A DNA stretch of 64,000 bases. Origin: an uncultured Bacteroidota bacterium (GTDB taxonomy: Bacteria; Bacteroidota; Ignavibacteria; UBA10030; UBA8401). Each line of letters opens with the position of its first letter. Positions within the stretch are counted from its first letter, which is position 1. Positions 41,063-50,441 of the stretch are shown here, in pieces. The notes under the pieces were generated by a model. The model ran no database searches. It saw nothing but the letters and a program-made list of their open reading frames with translations, and had not been told where the DNA came from. Where the stretch lies: the NCBI GenBank assembly GCA_963772165.1, contig CAVYWA010000010.1, positions 45,496 to 109,495 on the forward strand. The letters run 5' to 3'. A program made the translations under genes and the position numbers.

Positions 41063-44000
41063 TCCTGGTCAAGATTATAGATATCGCGCGACCTTTGTAA
41101 ATCATACTCCAATTCCGGGTCGATATTTTGTTGCTCCACTCTCTTCGTTTTTTCCATGAGCTCTTCATGATGAGCGTGGAGATAGTCGAGCTTTGCCTGG
41201 CCATACGACAGCCGTGTGATGATGACGAAAAGCACCGGCACGATGAAAATAGCAATTGTCGTAGCCGCCAGCATGCCGCCGAGAACGGTAAACCCGATAG
41301 TTCTGCGCGCTATCGCTCCGGCTCCTGTTGCAAACACCAACGGCAAGACACCAAGGATGAATGCCATAGAGGTCATCACGATAGGCCGCAAACGGAGCCG
41401 CACCGCTTCCATGGTGGATTGGATAAGCTCTTCCCCCCGGTCAACACGCACCTTTGCAAACTCTACGATCAGGATCGCGTTCTTGGCGGCCAGCCCGATG
41501 AGCGTGATGAGTCCTATTTGCGCATACACATTATTCGAGATGCTCGGCAGCAAAGTAAGCGTAAGGATGGCGCCAAAAGCCCCGATCGGTACCGCCAGCA
41601 AGACCGAGAAAGGAACGGACCAGCTTTCGTAAAGCGCCGCGAGAAAAAGAAAAACGAAGGTGATCGAGAAAACAAAAATATAGATCGTCGTTGAACCTTC
41701 CTTGATTTCTTCGTAGCTCAACCCCGAGTATTCGTAGTCATACCCCTCCGGCAACACCTTCTTCGCCACCTCTTTCAAGGCATTCAGTGTTTGAATACTG
41801 CTGTACCCCGGAGGAGATGCCCCCTCAATTTCTGCGGACCGAAAAATATTAAAATGCGATATCAGCGGTGCAGCTTCTACAGGCTCGTAACTAACCAGCG
41901 TTCCAAGGGGAACCATTGCTCCCGCCTGATTACGGACGTAATATTTGTCGATGTCCGATACTGTCGCACGGGCCATGGTATCTGCCTGAATCACCACATG
42001 AAAAGTTCGGTTGTATGTCGTAAAATCGTTGACATAAATACTCCCCATATACGCCTGGATCGTCGTGAAGACATCTGCAATATTCACTCCCAGCATTTCA
42101 CATTTTTCCCGATTGACTGTGAGGTTATAGTTGGGAGTGTGGGCAGAATAAAAACTGTAGGCATGAGAGATCGCCGGATTTTTATTTGCCTCACTAATAA
42201 AGTTATTAACGACTTTTTCAAATGCATGAATATCATCGTTGGTATTGCGCTGTTCTATCTGGAAGCTGAAACCGACCACCGACCCTACACCCGGAATTGG
42301 CGAAGGCTGAATGACCTGAACGTTGGCGTTGGCAAGACCGGCATCGATGATGCGCTGTTGCATGACATGGATGATACCCGGGACTTGCTCACTTGATTTG
42401 GAACGGTCATCCCATGGTTTGAGCTGGCAATAAATGGTACCGCAGTTTGAATTGGTTGCATTGGTCACAACATTCAAACCGGACAATGCTGCGTAATGCC
42501 CTTCGCCCGGAGTTGACGCTACCACCGCCATCAGCTTCGTCATCACTGCAACAGATTGGGCTGTAGAAGATGCTGGAGGCAATTGAAACGTTATGTAGAG
42601 GTTTCCATCGTCTTCGGAAGGGATGAATCCTGTTGATTTGTTTTGAAATAAGAATACCGCTCCGATACAAATGCAAAGAAGGAGGATGACAACATACTTC
42701 GATCCCTTGATGCTGCGTTTTACGCCCTCGGAGTATTTATCGGTGAGTTTATCGAACCAGCTGTTGAAAACAGCGAAAAACCGGCCTATTCCCCGGGGAG
42801 CCACGCCTTTCTGCGGCGGCTTGAGAAGAAGGCTGCAGAGTGCCGGCGTCAACGATAAAGCGATAAAAGCGGAAAGCATTACCGAGATCGCAATGGTGAT
42901 CGCGAACTGTTGATACAAGCGCCCTACGATTCCCGGTATAAATCCAACAGGGACGAAAACGGCTGCCAGGATCAATGCAATAGCTACAACGGGGGCCGAA
43001 ATGTCTTTCATCGCCTGGTACGTGGCCTCTTTTGCCGAGAGGTGATGTTCGTCCATATAATGCTCCACCGCTTCGACGACAATAATAGCGTCGTCCACCA
43101 CGATGCCGATCGCCAGAACAAAACCGAACATGGTGAGCGTGTTGATCGTAAAGCCGAGCGGGATGAAAAAACAGAACGTTCCCAAGATCGAGACGGGAAT
43201 TGCAAGTACAGGGATGAGCGTGGTGCGAAGGTTCTCAAGGAACAAATAGACGACGAGGGCGACAAGGGCCAGCGCGAGAAGAAGCGTGACAACAACCTCA
43301 CTCATGGAAACTCTGACAACCGTCACTGATTCAAAGGGGACACTGTAGTCAACGTCCGTGGGAAAAGAGTTTTTCAATTGGGCGAGTACTTATAAACACC
43401 CGTTGCCGTTTCAAGGGCATTGCTTCCCGGAGCCTGGTAAATGAGAAGACAGGAAGCCCGATGTCCATCCACAAATGAGTTGCTCGAAAAAGTGAACTTG
43501 CCCAGCTCTACCCTTGCGACGTCCTTCAGATAGACCAGCTCACCGGTTGACGGCTTTGTTTTGACGATAACATTTTCAAAATCCGACACCTTGCTCAAGC
43601 GTCCGTTGACAAGAATTCCTAATTCAAATGTCTGCGTCTTTTGTTGAGGCGGTACACCCGCTGAGCCCGCTGCCACCTGTACATTTTGCGCGTTCAACGC
43701 AGAAATAACATCCGTAGGAGTCAAACCGTAGCTTGCCATTTTTTCCGGATCCATCCAGATGCGCATACTGAAATCGTCCGTGAATCTACTGATGCTGCCG
43801 ACGCCGGGCACCCGGAGTAACGCATCCTGCACAAAGATATTCGTATAATTATCGAGGAACGTGATGTCATGTGTTCCCTGCGGTGCGAAGATGGCAACCA
43901 TCATGAGCATGCTGGGATTCAACGCCCGCACCGTAAGTCCGAGACGGCTCACTGCCGCAGGCAATAACGGCGTGGCAATGCTGACACGGTTTTGAACATC

Positions 44001-44318
44001 CAGCGTTGCAATATTGATGTCCGTTCCGATGTCAAACGTTACGTTCATCGACATCAAACCGTTATTGGTGTTATTGCTTTGCATGTACTCCATGCCCGGA
44101 GTACCGTTCACCTGCTGTTCGATGGGAGTGGCTACCGTTTGTTCAACGGTCAGCGCATCGGCACCCGTAAATTGACCGTTCACTTGAACGACGGGGGGCG
44201 TGATTTGAGGATACTGCTCGACAGGCGAGTTAAAGATACAGATGATACCGGTGATCACTAATATGATCGAGATAACGATTGCAGTGACCGGTCTTTTGAT
44301 AAAGATATTAGCGATCAT
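41059..44318 (-). pseudogene. second RND efflux transporter (MdtB-like paralogue) split by 1-nt deletion in an A run at ~43378
   Basis: ORFs 43374..44318 (N-terminal 314 aa) and 41059..43377 (772 aa) align end-to-end with the intact paralogue across ...ETATGVY/VLAQLKNSFPTDVDY. Confidence 0.7.
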
Positions 44319-44512
44319 AGTTTATTCTTGCACGCTGATGGTACGCAGAATTGAAAAACTTTGCCATATCGCCGCAAAGACACGAAGGCGCGAAACATCA
44401 ATGTCTTGGCGACTTTCTGCCTTCGTAGCAATACGATGACGATTTTGCTGCAAATGAATTACCCAATCGGAAAGAGGTGTATTTCGCGACACGCGAGAAT
44501 CTCTTGTGAATT

Positions 44513-45712
44513 CTATCTGCTTCCGGTCCCTTTTCCCGCTTGGGCAGATGATCGGTCTCCAGAAGGTGCTATGGGTGAGCCATTACGCAAAGATTGTATG
44601 CCATCGGAGACGACGTTGTCACCCTCGCTGATTCCGTCTTTTATAATCACATTCGCCCCAAGGATCGCCCCAAGATGCACCTTCTTTTGAAATGCAAATA
44701 GACGGGGGGCCCCTGTCGCTGCCTGGAGGTTTCCGGCTTTATCGCCGACATTCATCACACTATCCTTTGCCACATAGACAAAATATTCGCCCATTTCTTC
44801 CACGACGGCTCTATACGGTATCACCAGTTGAGCGGTTGAATCCTGATTATGAACCCGTACCACACAGCTCATGCCTACCCGTAAAAAATATTGCGGATTA
44901 GGAAAAAGGAGCCTGATCCTGATGGAACCCGTCTGAGGATTCACCGCCCGGTCGATAACGGAAAGTGTTCCCGTATACGTATAGAGAGAATTGTTGGGCA
45001 GTATAAGCGTGAACAAGGAATCAATCGGCGGATTGCCGGTATTTTGCAGATTGTTAAAGAAGGATAACTGCTTTTCGTTGATTAAAAAATCAACTGCCAT
45101 CGGGTCATCGGTAGAGATGGTGATGAGAACCGTCTGGCCTACTGTGACCAAATCTCCGAGTTTCACCTGGCTGAATCCTATCGTTCCGTCGAATGGAGCG
45201 GTGATGACAGAATACGCCAAATTCGTCTTGGCGATTTTTAAGGCCTCTAATGCCGATTGGTATGCACTTTGCGAATTCTCCAACGCAATCGCCGCGTGAT
45301 CATAAATCTGTTTTGCCACGGCTTTATTTTTATTCAGGTACTGGTAACGGTCGGCATCCTGCCGCGCCAGCTTTAAATTCCCCTCCGCAACTTTGACGTT
45401 AGCGAGAGCCGTATTGTAATTATCTTCGTAAATGCGTCTATCAATATCGTACAACTTCTGCCCTGCTTTCACGTGGCTGCCTTCCTTAAAAAATATCCCC
45501 GTGATATAACCCTGCACTTCGGGAAGAAGGTTGACCTGGTTCAACGCTACGGTTGTAGCCGTATACCTGTCATAATAGGTAACCGGCTGCGCCTTCACGG
45601 CAAACAAATTCACCGGCACAGCAGGGGGAGGAGGCGGCTGCTGTTGTTTACATGAACAAAGAACCAGGCAGCCGATGAATGCTATGAAAAAGAATGCTCT
45701 ATTCACCATCAT
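44513..45712 (-). CDS. RND periplasmic adaptor (membrane fusion protein, HlyD/AcrA family)
   Basis: signal/lipobox, coiled-coil hairpin, beta-barrel domain; 399 aa. Confidence 0.8.
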   Translation of the reverse strand: MMVNRAFFFIAFIGCLVLCSCKQQQPPPPPAVPVNLFAVKAQPVTYYDRYTATTVALNQVNLLPEVQGYITGIFFKEGSHVKAGQKLYDIDRRIYEDNYNTALANVKVAEGNLKLARQDADRYQYLNKNKAVAKQIYDHAAIALENSQSAYQSALEALKIAKTNLAYSVITAPFDGTIGFSQVKLGDLVTVGQTVLITISTDDPMAVDFLINEKQLSFFNNLQNTGNPPIDSLFTLILPNNSLYTYTGTLSVIDRAVNPQTGSIRIRLLFPNPQYFLRVGMSCVVRVHNQDSTAQLVIPYRAVVEEMGEYFVYVAKDSVMNVGDKAGNLQAATGAPRLFAFQKKVHLGAILGANVIIKDGISEGDNVVSDGIQSLRNGSPIAPSGDRSSAQAGKGTGSR

Positions 45713-45733
45713 AATACTATCCGTTAATGTGCA

Positions 45734-47092
45734 TTAATAATGAGAAGGAATTTCGCCCATCGCTTTCTCCAAATCTATTTTGCTTGACAGAAGCTGGAAG
45801 AGGGCGTCGATATAACCTATTTCCGCGGTTATCAAGTTTGATTCGGCCACAAGGAGATTCAGATAAGCAACGACTCCCTGATTGTACTGGAGCGAGACAA
45901 CACGGTAAACATTTTGCGCCCGCGATTTATTATCATCTAACAATCGCAAGTTGTACAGGTTGCTTTTGTAGTTGGCCAACGCGGAAGTGTACTCTGTGTA
46001 AATCTGCGATTTCAAATTCATCTCTTCCCAATTCACATTCTCTTCCTCAAGCTCCGACCGTTGCACGTTTTCAATACGCGAAAAGCCGGTGAAGATGGGG
46101 AAATTTAGGGACACTCCAAAATATGAATAGGGGTACGTGGTTTTAAAAAGGGTTGAGGATGAGGGACTTTCGTATTCATAATAATAATCGTAAAAAACGG
46201 AGACAGTCGGAAGAAATGAAAGTTTGCTGTACAGCGTCTGCTGACGCTGCAGTTCTTTTACTGTCTGAAGCTGTTGATATTCGATCCGGTTCTCGTACCG
46301 TAATTGCCTCGTGGTGTCGGCATATATTTCCTTCATCATTTGCGTCGTATCAAACGTCACATTAAAATCTTTTTCCGGCGGATACCCCATGAGCTGCTTT
46401 AAGGCGGCGTACTCCGGTACGACGTTTTCAATTTGCTGCTTCAATTGCGCTTTTGAATTATTGAGAGTGATCACTGCTTGTTGATAATCCGTCTCATCGA
46501 CGATTCCGCCTACGTACTGGTGGTATGTATCGGTAATATTTCTGCCGAGACGCGCGGTATCTTCTTTCAGGATATTGATCTCCTCAAGCGTCAGTAAGAG
46601 GTTGTAGAATGTCTTGCTGACAGATGAGACAATAAATATTTTCACGCTGTCCGAAATTTGTTCGGCCTGCTTCGTCAACAGCGGAGCACTCGTTGCCGCA
46701 TAGAAAAGCTGGGGTTCGAATAGTGTTTGCGAAGCGGACAGCTGGGGGATGGCGGTGTTCGCCACGCCCGTGCGCGTTGGAATCGGCGCCCCTCCAGGCA
46801 GTGGATTTGGAGAGAGCGTCGTAGGCAATTGGCTGTAATGGACCATGTTGCCGGAGAGATTCAATTGGGGGAACCAACCGGACAAGTTAATAGCATTGGT
46901 CGCCTTAGCAATAGCCGTATTCACGAAGGACTGATTCACGCCGGGCTGGTATTGCAGCGCATAGCGAATGCACTGTTCGAGCGTAAAGAATTGGGTTGAA
47001 TCAGCTCTGTGATGATTTTGGGAATAGCTGCAAAGCGGTATAGTTAGAACAACGGCAATGAATAGAAAAAGTCGATTTATTTTATCCTTCAT
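45734..47092 (-). CDS. TolC-like outer membrane efflux protein
   Basis: two-repeat OEP architecture; start taken at MKDKINRLFLFIAVVLT signal peptide. Confidence 0.75.
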   Translation of the reverse strand: MKDKINRLFLFIAVVLTIPLCSYSQNHHRADSTQFFTLEQCIRYALQYQPGVNQSFVNTAIAKATNAINLSGWFPQLNLSGNMVHYSQLPTTLSPNPLPGGAPIPTRTGVANTAIPQLSASQTLFEPQLFYAATSAPLLTKQAEQISDSVKIFIVSSVSKTFYNLLLTLEEINILKEDTARLGRNITDTYHQYVGGIVDETDYQQAVITLNNSKAQLKQQIENVVPEYAALKQLMGYPPEKDFNVTFDTTQMMKEIYADTTRQLRYENRIEYQQLQTVKELQRQQTLYSKLSFLPTVSVFYDYYYEYESPSSSTLFKTTYPYSYFGVSLNFPIFTGFSRIENVQRSELEEENVNWEEMNLKSQIYTEYTSALANYKSNLYNLRLLDDNKSRAQNVYRVVSLQYNQGVVAYLNLLVAESNLITAEIGYIDALFQLLSSKIDLEKAMGEIPSHY

Positions 47093-47687
47093 TTCAATGA
47101 TATTTTTTGCACAAAAGTAATTTTCTGCTTTCCGATGCTTTTTACGCCAACCCGATGGCGGGCAATCGCTTGTACCTGTCTGTGATTTCACAACTGGTAT
47201 TTCCACGCATTTGTTATCCATTGTAAGAACACTTTAGACAAAAGATATTAAGAGATGGTTGAATGGTTGTGCTTGATAGCTCATATAAATTTTGCAGCTC
47301 CAGCATGTAGTGTTTTGGCTGCGCTCGCCAAGCGATAAAACTGTAAGTAAAGCGGCAAGATTGTGATAAGAGTTTTCGTAATGGGAATTAAAAAATGTTT
47401 GATGTAAATTGGGGGAATCGCGATAATGCAACCAACTTTGAAAGCTGGTACTCTCTTTCGACGAACCTCTAACCCCTCGGGCCGAGGCTCCCGTAAGGAA
47501 CCGAAGACCACGAAACAACCGAATATCCTGCCGATGCGAGATCCTGCATCGGTTGCCTTCCCAAAGAGTTCCTTTGGAAAGGCATCACTTCGCCATTTGC
47601 AGGATTGACCCACGGGCGTAAAGTATTGTCAATAATATAGCAAAAAAAAAATCTATCTCAAGCTCCCTCGAATTATGGCCGCGGGCT

Positions 47688-47793
47688 ACTTTGAAGAATA
47701 AAGTCATTGCTTCTCCCGCTCGAAGAGCGGGAGAAGCAATCCCCATTTAAAAAATGGATTGTGCCACTGTACGGGATCCCTTTGGGACTTCTG
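47688..47793. repeat. MITE/REP-like element copy E3 (inverted orientation)
   Basis: reverse complement reads gaagtcccaaagggatcccgtacagtggcacaatcc...ggggattgcttc...gcaatgactttattcttcaaag. Confidence 0.55.
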
Positions 47794-48020
47794 CAAAAAA
47801 CAACCAGGAACGACCTTTGATTTAAAATGATCCGCTACCCGCATTTTGGTAGTCCGTTTATTGCAGGCTATTGAATATCTTGTTAATTTCACTTGGCAAA
47901 TTTTTCAGGAAACATTTTTCTCCGGGTAGTGCCCAATCTTGCCGATCTTAATTGTTATAAGAAAATAAATCACAAAATGGTTAATGAATAAAATCAAAAC
48001 AACGTAGGAGGGTTCATATC

Positions 48021-48362
48021 ATGGAGGAATTTGCATTAATTATGAGACACGAAGATGGCCATAAAGTGGCTTCACCGGAACAAAGAGAAATTTGGATGAA
48101 GCAGACAACGGCCTGGATCGACGGTATTGTGGCACAAAACAAATTTAGCAGCGGCACAGGATTGCCTTTTGAAGATGCCAGGGTCGTAAGACCTAATAAT
48201 GTCGTTACGAATGGGCCTTTTGGAGGGAGCAAAGAAACAATTGGCGGATTCATTATTGTTAAGGCAAATTCCGTTGATGAAGCGGTTGAATTCACAAAGG
48301 GGTGCCCTGTGTTACAGGGAGAGGGAAATAGTGTTGAAGTACGAAGAATTGCAAAAAAATAA
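48021..48362 (+). CDS. YciI-like (DGPF/YCII-related) small protein
   Basis: VTNGPFGGSKETIGGFIIVKANSVDEAVEF...VEVRRI matches YCII-related fold motif. Confidence 0.7.
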   Translation: MEEFALIMRHEDGHKVASPEQREIWMKQTTAWIDGIVAQNKFSSGTGLPFEDARVVRPNNVVTNGPFGGSKETIGGFIIVKANSVDEAVEFTKGCPVLQGEGNSVEVRRIAKK

Positions 48363-48683
48363 ATTTTTGTAAAATATAAAAGCATCGGCAAAAAACAGAG
48401 GTTGCTTTTTCATGGATGATTGAGAACTGATTCCTCATTTATTCAGGACAAAATACAGAAACACAGCCCCCGTTCCTTTGCAGGCGTTTTGGGTTTGACC
48501 AAACAGGAATTGCCAGGTGGTGAATCAATTTGAGAAGACTGAATCAAAAACGGATGTCATGCCCATGAAAGTGGGCATCCCTTGCGTGGTAAAAAATGAA
48601 TATTTGGATTCTCGCCGAGTCCCTACGGGTCTATCGACCCGAAGGGTCGTTGACGAGTCTTCGACCCGCTTTCGCGAGACCTT

Positions 48684-48986
48684 ATGTTTAAAAATGAGTC
48701 ACTACCTAAAACTCCGATCACGGGAGACCTGAAATTTAAGAACATTTCGACGAGTTATGTTGAGCGGCAAAATCTTACCATGCGGATGAACATGAGGCGA
48801 TTTGAGCGGTTGACAAATGCGTTTTCAAAGAAGGTTAAGAATCACGCTCACGCCGTAGCTTTACACTTCATGTATTACAATTATTGCCGAATTCATAAGA
48901 CGTTAAGGGTGTCTCCGGCTATGGCGGCGGGTATCGAAAAGCATCTATGGTCTATTGAGGACTTGGCGAGATTGCTTCAGGCGTAA
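48684..48986 (+). pseudogene. IS1-like transposase remnant (C-terminal ~100 aa only)
   Basis: VERQNLTMRMNMRRFERLTNAFSKKVKNH...YNYCRIHKTLRVSPAMAAGIEKHLWSIEDL pattern parallels IS1 InsB C-terminus; no N-terminal DDE region present; degenerate MITE piece (48608..48685) abuts it. Confidence 0.55.
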
Positions 48987-49358
48987 GGGTAAGCTAAATT
49001 CTTTTATTGGAGAGTTCTTCAATATATTAGAAAACAAAGAGTACATTTTCTCATAAAGCAAATCTTTGCCAATCGTTTTTGCTAATAACTTTATCGATTT
49101 CGATTCATCAAGCCTTTTAAATATCCCTATCATAACAGCTTCAAAATAGATTCTTGGTTTATGGGATCTATTCTTTTTAGCAATGGACGTTACATTTAAT
49201 TTTAGTGCAAAGTTATTTTTGTTATCTTTTCTTAAATAAAGAGTCACGATTGCCGAAAACTCCACACCCAATTCCTCTCCCTTTGCTTCTCCTGGAAATT
49301 GTGGAAAAGCGCTTTTGAAACTCTCGACAAAATATCCCTGTAGTTTAAGCTGGTTCAT
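48945..49358 (-). CDS. SecB-like chaperone candidate (third gene of toxin-antitoxin-chaperone module)
   Basis: 137 aa; block-wise parallels to SecB by eye: LQGYFVESFKSAF ~ QIQRIYTKDISFEA; PRIYFEAVMIGIF ~ AFLCEVQQGGIF; KDLLYEKMYSLFSNILKNSPIKEFSLPL ~ [29 protein letters not shown]; 14-nt overlap with antitoxin gene. Confidence 0.5.
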   Translation of the reverse strand: MNQLKLQGYFVESFKSAFPQFPGEAKGEELGVEFSAIVTLYLRKDNKNNFALKLNVTSIAKKNRSHKPRIYFEAVMIGIFKRLDESKSIKLLAKTIGKDLLYEKMYSLFSNILKNSPIKEFSLPLRLKQSRQVLNRP

Positions 49359-49761
49359 ATTCTTTTTGGCTAACCTTGTTTTCTACTATTATTGTGGTGA
49401 TAATTGATTCTTTAAAATTCAATTTGAGATTTTTGCCCTTCTCAAAATTCTTGTAGATTTCAAAGTCTTGATATTCGTACTTGATGTATGGTTTAATGCC
49501 TAATGAAAATAAAATCTTAACTAACGTTCCGAGCCTTATATTTGCGCTTCCATCCAATACCTGTGTTACGTATGATCTCGAACAACCTAAAGTCTTGGCT
49601 AATTCTGCCCTACTGATAATCTTTTGATTCATTCTTTCTGCAATTATCTCTCTTATGTCTAATAATAATTTTTCCGTATAGAGAGACCAATCCTTTTCAA
49701 TAAATTCCATTGAATCATTAAACTCATCTTCAATTTGTTTGTTTTTAATAAATTGAGGCAT
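49345..49761 (-). CDS. HigA-like XRE-family antitoxin with aromatic-rich C-terminal extension (possible chaperone-addiction segment)
   Basis: HTH ISRAELAKTLGCSRSYVTQVLDGSANIRLGTLVKILFSLG; C-terminal KPYIKYEYQDFEIYKNF...; 138 aa vs ~95 aa typical. Confidence 0.75.
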   Translation of the reverse strand: MPQFIKNKQIEDEFNDSMEFIEKDWSLYTEKLLLDIREIIAERMNQKIISRAELAKTLGCSRSYVTQVLDGSANIRLGTLVKILFSLGIKPYIKYEYQDFEIYKNFEKGKNLKLNFKESIITTIIVENKVSQKEYEPA

Positions 49762-49765
49762 ACAA

Positions 49766-50137
49766 TTACTCCATTTCTTTAATACAGCCGTCCCTTAGCG
49801 TAATTGCCCTTTCTATCTCCTGAATATCGGTCTTATTTTTCTTTTTAACATATCCGTGGGTAATTATCGCATCATTTCCAAACATGAAGAAGAATAATCG
49901 AACGGGCTTCGGTTTAAGTTCATATAAATTACCGTGGCCCTTTAGTTTTTCCGAAATAGAAGTATTTTCAACGGGGAATTTTCGATCAGAGAGAAATTTT
50001 ATGTGAAGATTAATCTTGTGCTTCAATTTCTCGTTAATATGCGGAAAAAGCTCTTCTTGGTAAATAGGAATATCTTTTCCTATTCCCATCGCCCTCACCT
50101 TTCTTTCCTCTCCTGAATGTATGAGTATAATGCGCAC
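49766..50137 (-). CDS. Gp49-like (DUF891, RelE/HigB-superfamily) toxin
   Basis: LKGHGNLYELKPKPVRLFFFMFGNDAIITHGYVKKKNKTDIQEIERA matches phage Gp49-like toxin motif; toxin-first order as in HigBA. Confidence 0.75.
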   Translation of the reverse strand: MRIILIHSGEERKVRAMGIGKDIPIYQEELFPHINEKLKHKINLHIKFLSDRKFPVENTSISEKLKGHGNLYELKPKPVRLFFFMFGNDAIITHGYVKKKNKTDIQEIERAITLRDGCIKEME

Positions 50138-50369
50138 TACTAAGTTAAGTAATTAATTAACATTTGTCAATAAAAAAAATGAGAATTTTTCATGAATGTA
50201 TTAATGAAAACGATCTAAGTTACTTGTAGAATTCACATTTGTCAAGTTTTAATTTAATTAAGCCAAATTCATTTTTTTTAAGCCTTGTTTGGCCACGTCT
50301 TATGTTTAAAAATTCAAACTGAGACACTACCAATTGCCGGCCTACCTTTATTGATTGATTCTAAAATAG

Positions 50370-50377
50370 TATATTTG
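50370..50377 (+). promoter_or_regulatory. Bacteroidetes-type -7 promoter box TAtaTTTG upstream of beta-galactosidase
   Basis: matches TAnnTTTG consensus, 65 nt upstream of ATG at 50442. Confidence 0.3.
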
Positions 50378-50441
50378 CAGTGCTGTTTCGGTATCATTCA
50401 TGATGAACTAGGATGACAACGATCAATAAGGAAACCTGCCA

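Noticed and set aside
47234-47613. Three overlapping small ORFs (47234..47518, 47281..47613, 47426..47608)
   Set aside because: Mutually overlapping in different frames within a hairpin-rich non-coding stretch. No start or RBS context and no motifs. Treated as non-coding structured DNA.
48517-48732. 71-aa ORF upstream of the transposase remnant
   Set aside because: It translates straight across the degenerate MITE/REP-like repeat copy (48608..48685) and overlaps the IS1-like fragment in another frame. No transposase N-terminal (zinc-finger/DDE) motifs. Considered non-coding repeat DNA.
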